A stretch of DNA of 59,067 nt, counting the filler, from Jimgerdemannia flammicorona (taxonomy: Eukaryota): assembly GCA_003990765.1 (NCBI GenBank). It is 3 parts of 3 records of this genome, joined end to end, with 100 filler letters (N's around TTAATTAATTAA, not from the genome) between each part and the next. Parts side by side here need not be neighbours in the genome. Positions count along the whole stretch, not along the records: positions 39,449 to 59,067 come from RBNJ01001896.1; 2 more parts are not named here. One strand, 5' to 3'. Position numbers and translations under genes: made by a program. This document shows, in pieces, positions 54,446 to 59,067 of the stretch (position 1 is the first letter of the stretch; every line of letters begins with the position of its first letter). The notes beneath the pieces were generated by a model. The model did not search any database and had not been told where the DNA came from. It saw nothing but the letters and a program-made list of their open reading frames with translations.

Positions 54446-54929
54446 CTATGGTGTGAGCTGCAGCTCAAATGTTCAGGGTTTTTCGATATGTCGTTTTCCG
54501 CGTCTCGTTCGTCTCGTTCGTATGTCGCTCTTTCGTGACATCTTTGCCCGGTCACGTGATCGCTGTTCGTGGTATGTCATGTAATTCTATTACAATTGAC
54601 TTCAATGAAGAGTTTCTAGATTAGATATCCTTTTGCAATAGGTAGATCAAGCATCCTTCCCCTTTACAATATATATTTTTCCTTTTCTATAATTATAAAT
54701 CCACAATCATCACCACACTATTGTCTTTGCTATGCAGGGCTTACAATAAATTTAAATTAATGTATGATGTTTTTTAATTGGGGGATATATAGTGCATTAT
54801 ACAGATATTTTGTAGAATTCTGGCTATCGTTCTAGTTCTGTAAACATTCCCAACAATGCATTCCAAGGCATACAATCTAGACTGGCAATCCAGATACTCA
54901 AATAGCTATATTCTGATTCTGCACTTTTG

Positions 54930-55967
54930 CGAATGCATAAGGCGTGTCAGAATGTCGAAATATTTTCGTGATGTCATCCTTAATGACATCACCTCCGTGG
55001 TGCTCGACATCGTCTTCAGCTACATTTACACCGAATCCATCGACAACACTGTAGGTATTCCATCACAGTTGGAATATACCTCGCAGCATATGTTCTCCTC
55101 CTCCCCAAGCTTATAAAGATGGTGCTGGAGTGTGCCTACAACCGCGCTGATTTTGGTGTTGCCTCATCCCTTCTCAATGAAGTCGTCGCCACCATCCCCT
55201 GAAGCGAGGCCAACAAGGACCTTTACGACGTACTTCGCAACCCTTCTGCACTCACAAGCTTGCCATCGGTGAGATGATCGCTCTCCAAAGAGGCCCTCGA
55301 GTTGCTCCTGGCAGAGGTAGTGACCATTTCTACACCTGAGCATGACACTTTGCTCCCCGTCACTGACTGGATTTGGGCACGTAACGAGAGCGCTCTGTCA
55401 GTTTCGGAGCGCCGCACTGTTTTACATGCATCAATGATATGGTTTCGGGGTGCGACAGCCGGTCCGGTCCGGCTTGGGAATGGCGCATCCTGCTCAAAAT
55501 GACAAGTCACCTCGTCTGTCCACATTGACTCAAAATCATTGTGGAGGTAACCTCTCCACACTACATAGCATTTTTGCCATCATGCCTGCAAGAACACCAT
55601 ATGTCCCACTGGTCATCTGTCCGTAAGATGCAAAAAGACGCGCCACAATGTTGGTTTCCAGTGGGATAGAACGAAAGTCAGCTCTCAAGTGGTTGTTTCG
55701 GAAGATGGTCAGGTTGTGGAGCTTCCATCGGGGAATCCGGATCAGACAGCACGGCTTTCCGTTTCCGGGAAGAATATTCACAACAATCTATGCGAATGGG
55801 ACATTGTGGTTGAATCTATTGGCAACTCCAACTTGTGTGAGATTGGACTCGTTGGAGAGGAATTCTCACATTTTGATACTTACAATTCCAGCAAACCTTA
55901 TGCATGGACCTTCCGATCCGACAACAACCATCAATTTTTTATTTGTGAAACGAATTCCTGCTGGTGA
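54930..55967 (+). pseudogene. BTB/POZ-(BACK)-SPRY/ConA-like protein pseudogene
   Basis: BTB-like VILNDITSVVLDIVFSYIYTESID, BACK-like LSKEALELLL, SPRY-like WDRTK..VSEDGQVV..CEWDIVVE..EIGLV..AWTFRSD; in-frame stops and frame changes between blocks. Confidence 0.65.
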
Positions 55968-56525
55968 TGGCATTTACACCTAAATGACACCTGTTCCTTT
56001 TCGATCAACAGATTCAATTATGTATTCTGCTGTGGCCTTTCGTGGGTCATGCAAATATCAGATAAAACTGCTGAGGTTGATTGATAGGGTCATGGATAGT
56101 TGGCTTAGAAATATGAATACTGTAACGGGCCTTACATTACAGTTAATAACTGTAGGGATTCATGTTTGTCATATATTTTATATTTGCCTTAATGCTGTTA
56201 TCAATCAGGAATCAGTGACGTCGAACTCCAATCGCAGTTCAAATACCCTGAACAGCCTGGCGGGATTGAAAGCTTAACCCCCAACGAACATTTGAATGAT
56301 AGAAAATCCGTTTTTGTTATTTTATGCATGGAGTTGGTAATTAAACTCTGGGACCTCCACTTAAATGTTCAGCACATATATGCGATATGAACTGCCCACA
56401 CGAACAATTTATATCGCAATGCGATGCGTTGCATTGGATGCTCGAATCACAGATATCCGAACTCGAAAAAGAAAACGGAGCTCACCATCCGAACTTTTGC
56501 TTTTATGAAACAACCTTGTTCCTCT

Positions 56526-57167
56526 TCACGCATCACCACCTATCCACTCCCTTCCATCCCATCTAAATCTCATCATCGCTCGCAGCAGGCGGTGCCTCGC
56601 CCTCATTCTCATCGCCGCTAACCATCTTGTTTCCCTTCTATGGATGTGGTCGTCGGTCTCGCTGACTCCGAACCGTGACCACCGATACTGCTCGAGCATG
56701 TTCTTGATCTCATTAAGGGCGCGTTTCATTGTGTCAAACCATAGTTTCTTGTCCAGCGCATCTGCCGTCAGCACGTAGTACGGCACCGCGAGGTACGTCA
56801 TCTTGACCAGAACCTCGTCTGTCGACTCGCCGGCGGCAATGGTGGACTTTATCGCTTCAATAACGTCGCCTGTGTAGCCAACATCGAGCTCTGGCGGTTG
56901 GAAAGGAAGTGAGCTTGTTGGTGCATTGAGCAGGATGGTTAATGTAGGTGTCGGGTATGATACGCAAGCTCCTTCCACCTCGATCTTCCCACACGACACA
57001 ACGTAATTATATGTTACCATCCCTTCTACACTACAAACGCCAACACACATCCCTTTTACTTCCGTACCATCTCCACGTCGGTAAGGGAGAACTGGAATCC
57101 AGAGGTTGAGGTGTCGTCGTAGTGCGCTTTGAACTACCGCTCCCGCAAGTACGAGGGTCGTAGCCAT
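56526..57167 (-). CDS. Hypothetical protein (213 aa as one ORF; may contain an in-frame intron)
   Basis: Long CpG-retaining ORF with good start context (gccaacATGg), divergent from the LRR gene; no recognisable domain. Confidence 0.5.
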   Translation of the reverse strand: MATTLVLAGAVVQSALRRHLNLWIPVLPYRRGDGTEVKGMCVGVCSVEGMVTYNYVVSCGKIEVEGACVSYPTPTLTILLNAPTSSLPFQPPELDVGYTGDVIEAIKSTIAAGESTDEVLVKMTYLAVPYYVLTADALDKKLWFDTMKRALNEIKNMLEQYRWSRFGVSETDDHIHRRETRWLAAMRMRARHRLLRAMMRFRWDGREWIGGDA

Positions 57168-57527
57168 GTTGGCGCTGAGACGACTCGTGAGGGCGAAAGA
57201 GATATGTTATGAAAGGGAGTGCGGAGAATGTTCTCGAGGAACTCCGGCGGGAAGTGGTTAATGGCGGAGGAGACGGGAGAGTTGGATATATTTGAGGGTA
57301 CAGACCAAAGAGGGTGTTATTGGTGAACGAAAAGGATTTTTATCGTGCAGTTGTCTTAGATTCTGTGGGGATTACAGAGATAGAAAGTAGGTGTTGTAGA
57401 TACCTTAGATGTAGGTTGTTGGATCGAAACGATTATAAGACGACCAGGGTTAGGGTTAGGAATAAGGTTCTTTATTAACCAACATTTGACACTTCGCAAT
57501 TGACACTTCGCACGGACACAATCAAAC

Positions 57528-59067
57528 ATGCGAATACTTCTCACGACGCAGACTACCCTGGATCTCTCTAGTATGTTTGAACTGAGTAAACTGTTGAGTG
57601 CAGCTGTCTGATGAGTTCCAACTGACAATCTGTGCATAATTATTTGCTCCTCTTCAGGCAGACGTATTGACGTTGAGGATGCCCGTGCTCTGGCCGAGTT
57701 TCTGAAGCAGAACACGACCCTTACCCTGCTGAATCTCTACAGTATGTCGGAAATCAGTGTGTGACTGTTTGAATGTGGGTGATTCCATCCAGCTGACCTG
57801 TGCGTATTCATTTAGATAACCATATCGGCGCTGAGGGTGCCTGTGCTCTGGCCGAGTCTCTGAAGCAGAACACGACCCTTACCCAGCTGAATCTCGAATG
57901 TATGTCGGAAATCAGTGTGTGACTGTTTGAATGTGGGTGATTCCATCCAGCTGACCTGTGCGTATTCATTTAGATAACGATATCGGCACTGAGGGTGCCC
58001 GTGCTCTGGCCGAGTCTCTGAAGCAGAACACGACCCTTACCCAGTTGAATCTCGGAGGTATGTCGGAAATCAGTGTGTGACTGTTTGAATGTGAGTGATG
58101 AGGGTGCCCGTGTTCTGGCCGAGTCTCTACAGCAGAACATTACCCTTATCAAGCTGAATCTCGAATGTATGTCGGAAATCAGTGTGTGACCCTTTGAATG
58201 TGGGTGATTTGATCCAGCTGACCTGTGTGTGTTCATTTTCTGTTCTTTAGGCAACAACGTCGGCAGTGAGATGAGTAATGCCATAGACAGGGTTTTGAAG
58301 TGGAATGGTAAGTCTAATCTCAATGGCTTAATGTCGATAGTTTTCTGCAGCTGCGTGATAGATAGCTTACCTCCCTTATGTGTTTGCCAAACCATCTTTT
58401 ATCATCAGATAACGGAATCAGCCGCGAGGGGATACGCGCACTGGCCGAGTCTCTGAAGCAGAATACGGCCGTGATTACGCTGAATCTCCAAGGTATGTTT
58501 GAGCTACGTGATCGGTACCAGCTCACCACCTGTGTGTCTGTGTGTGTTTGCTCACCCACCCTTCCTCTTCAGACAACGGAATCAGAGACGAGGGAGCACG
58601 TGTACTGGCCGAGTCTCTGAAGCAGAATACGGTCGTGACTACGCTGAATCTCCAAGGTATGTTTGAACTATATGATGTGTACCAGCTAACCACCTGCGTG
58701 TGTTTGCTCACCCATCTTCTGTTCATCTTCAGACAACGGAATCGGCGACGAGGGAGCATGCGCACTGGCCGAGTTTCTGAAGCAGAACACGGTCGTGACT
58801 ACGCTGAATCTCCAAGGTATGTTTGAACTGCATGATGGGTACCAGCTGACCACCTGTGTGTGTTTGCTTACACATCTTCTGTTCATCTTCAGACAACGGA
58901 ATCGGCGACGAGGGGGCACGCGCACTGGCTGAGTTTCTGGAGCAGAACACGGTCGTGACTACGCTGAATCTCCAAGGTATGTTTGAGCTGCGTGATGGGT
59001 AAGATCTCACAACTCATGCATGTTTGCTAATCTATCGTCTATTCATCTCTTCAGGTAACCACATCGG
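57528..59067 (+). CDS. RI-like/NLRC3-like LRR protein, runs off the window; exons 57528-57570, 57658-57741, 57816-57899, 57974-58057, 58251-58307, 58409-58492, 58573-58656, 58733-58816, 58893-58976, 59055->
   Basis: 84-nt phase-1 exons each encoding one 28-aa repeat (NxIGxEGARALAESLKQNTTLTxLNL) with GTATGT...AG introns. Confidence 0.9.

Noticed and set aside
57970..59010. Minus-strand ORFs over the LRR array
   Set aside because: Antisense shadows of repeated exons and introns
57658..59067. Regular ~160-bp repeats resembling a CRISPR array or satellite
   Set aside because: No unique spacers; fully explained by LRR exons plus duplicated introns

Overview
Eukaryotic, most likely fungal, genomic scaffold. 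The Zn2Cys6 motif, short GT-AG introns, BTB-SPRY and RI-type LRR genes suggest an early-diverging or Mucoromycota-like fungus (inference). About two thirds of the window is nested, heavily C->T/G->A mutated transposons: three copies of a dUTPase-carrying Ty3/gypsy family (two with chromodomain), several 1.5-2.4 kb LTRs, a young TRIM-like element, a copia relic, an L1/Tx1-like LINE and MITE/foldback repeats. CpG-retaining gene islands lie at about 26.2-39.3 kb and 54.2-59.1 kb. Three main observations. (1) A tandemly duplicated, intron-containing gene fuses a CCHC zinc knuckle, a retropepsin-type protease (DTG), a Zn2Cys6 cluster and a DUF5615/Mut7-C-like PIN domain that only appears after splicing. 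(2) One unannotated protein family is encoded inside the LTRs of at least four diverged LTR families that appear to prefer ATAG/ATAT target sites. (3) An LRR gene is built from tandemly duplicated 84-nt one-repeat-per-exon cassettes. All calls are by eye; no database searches were run.
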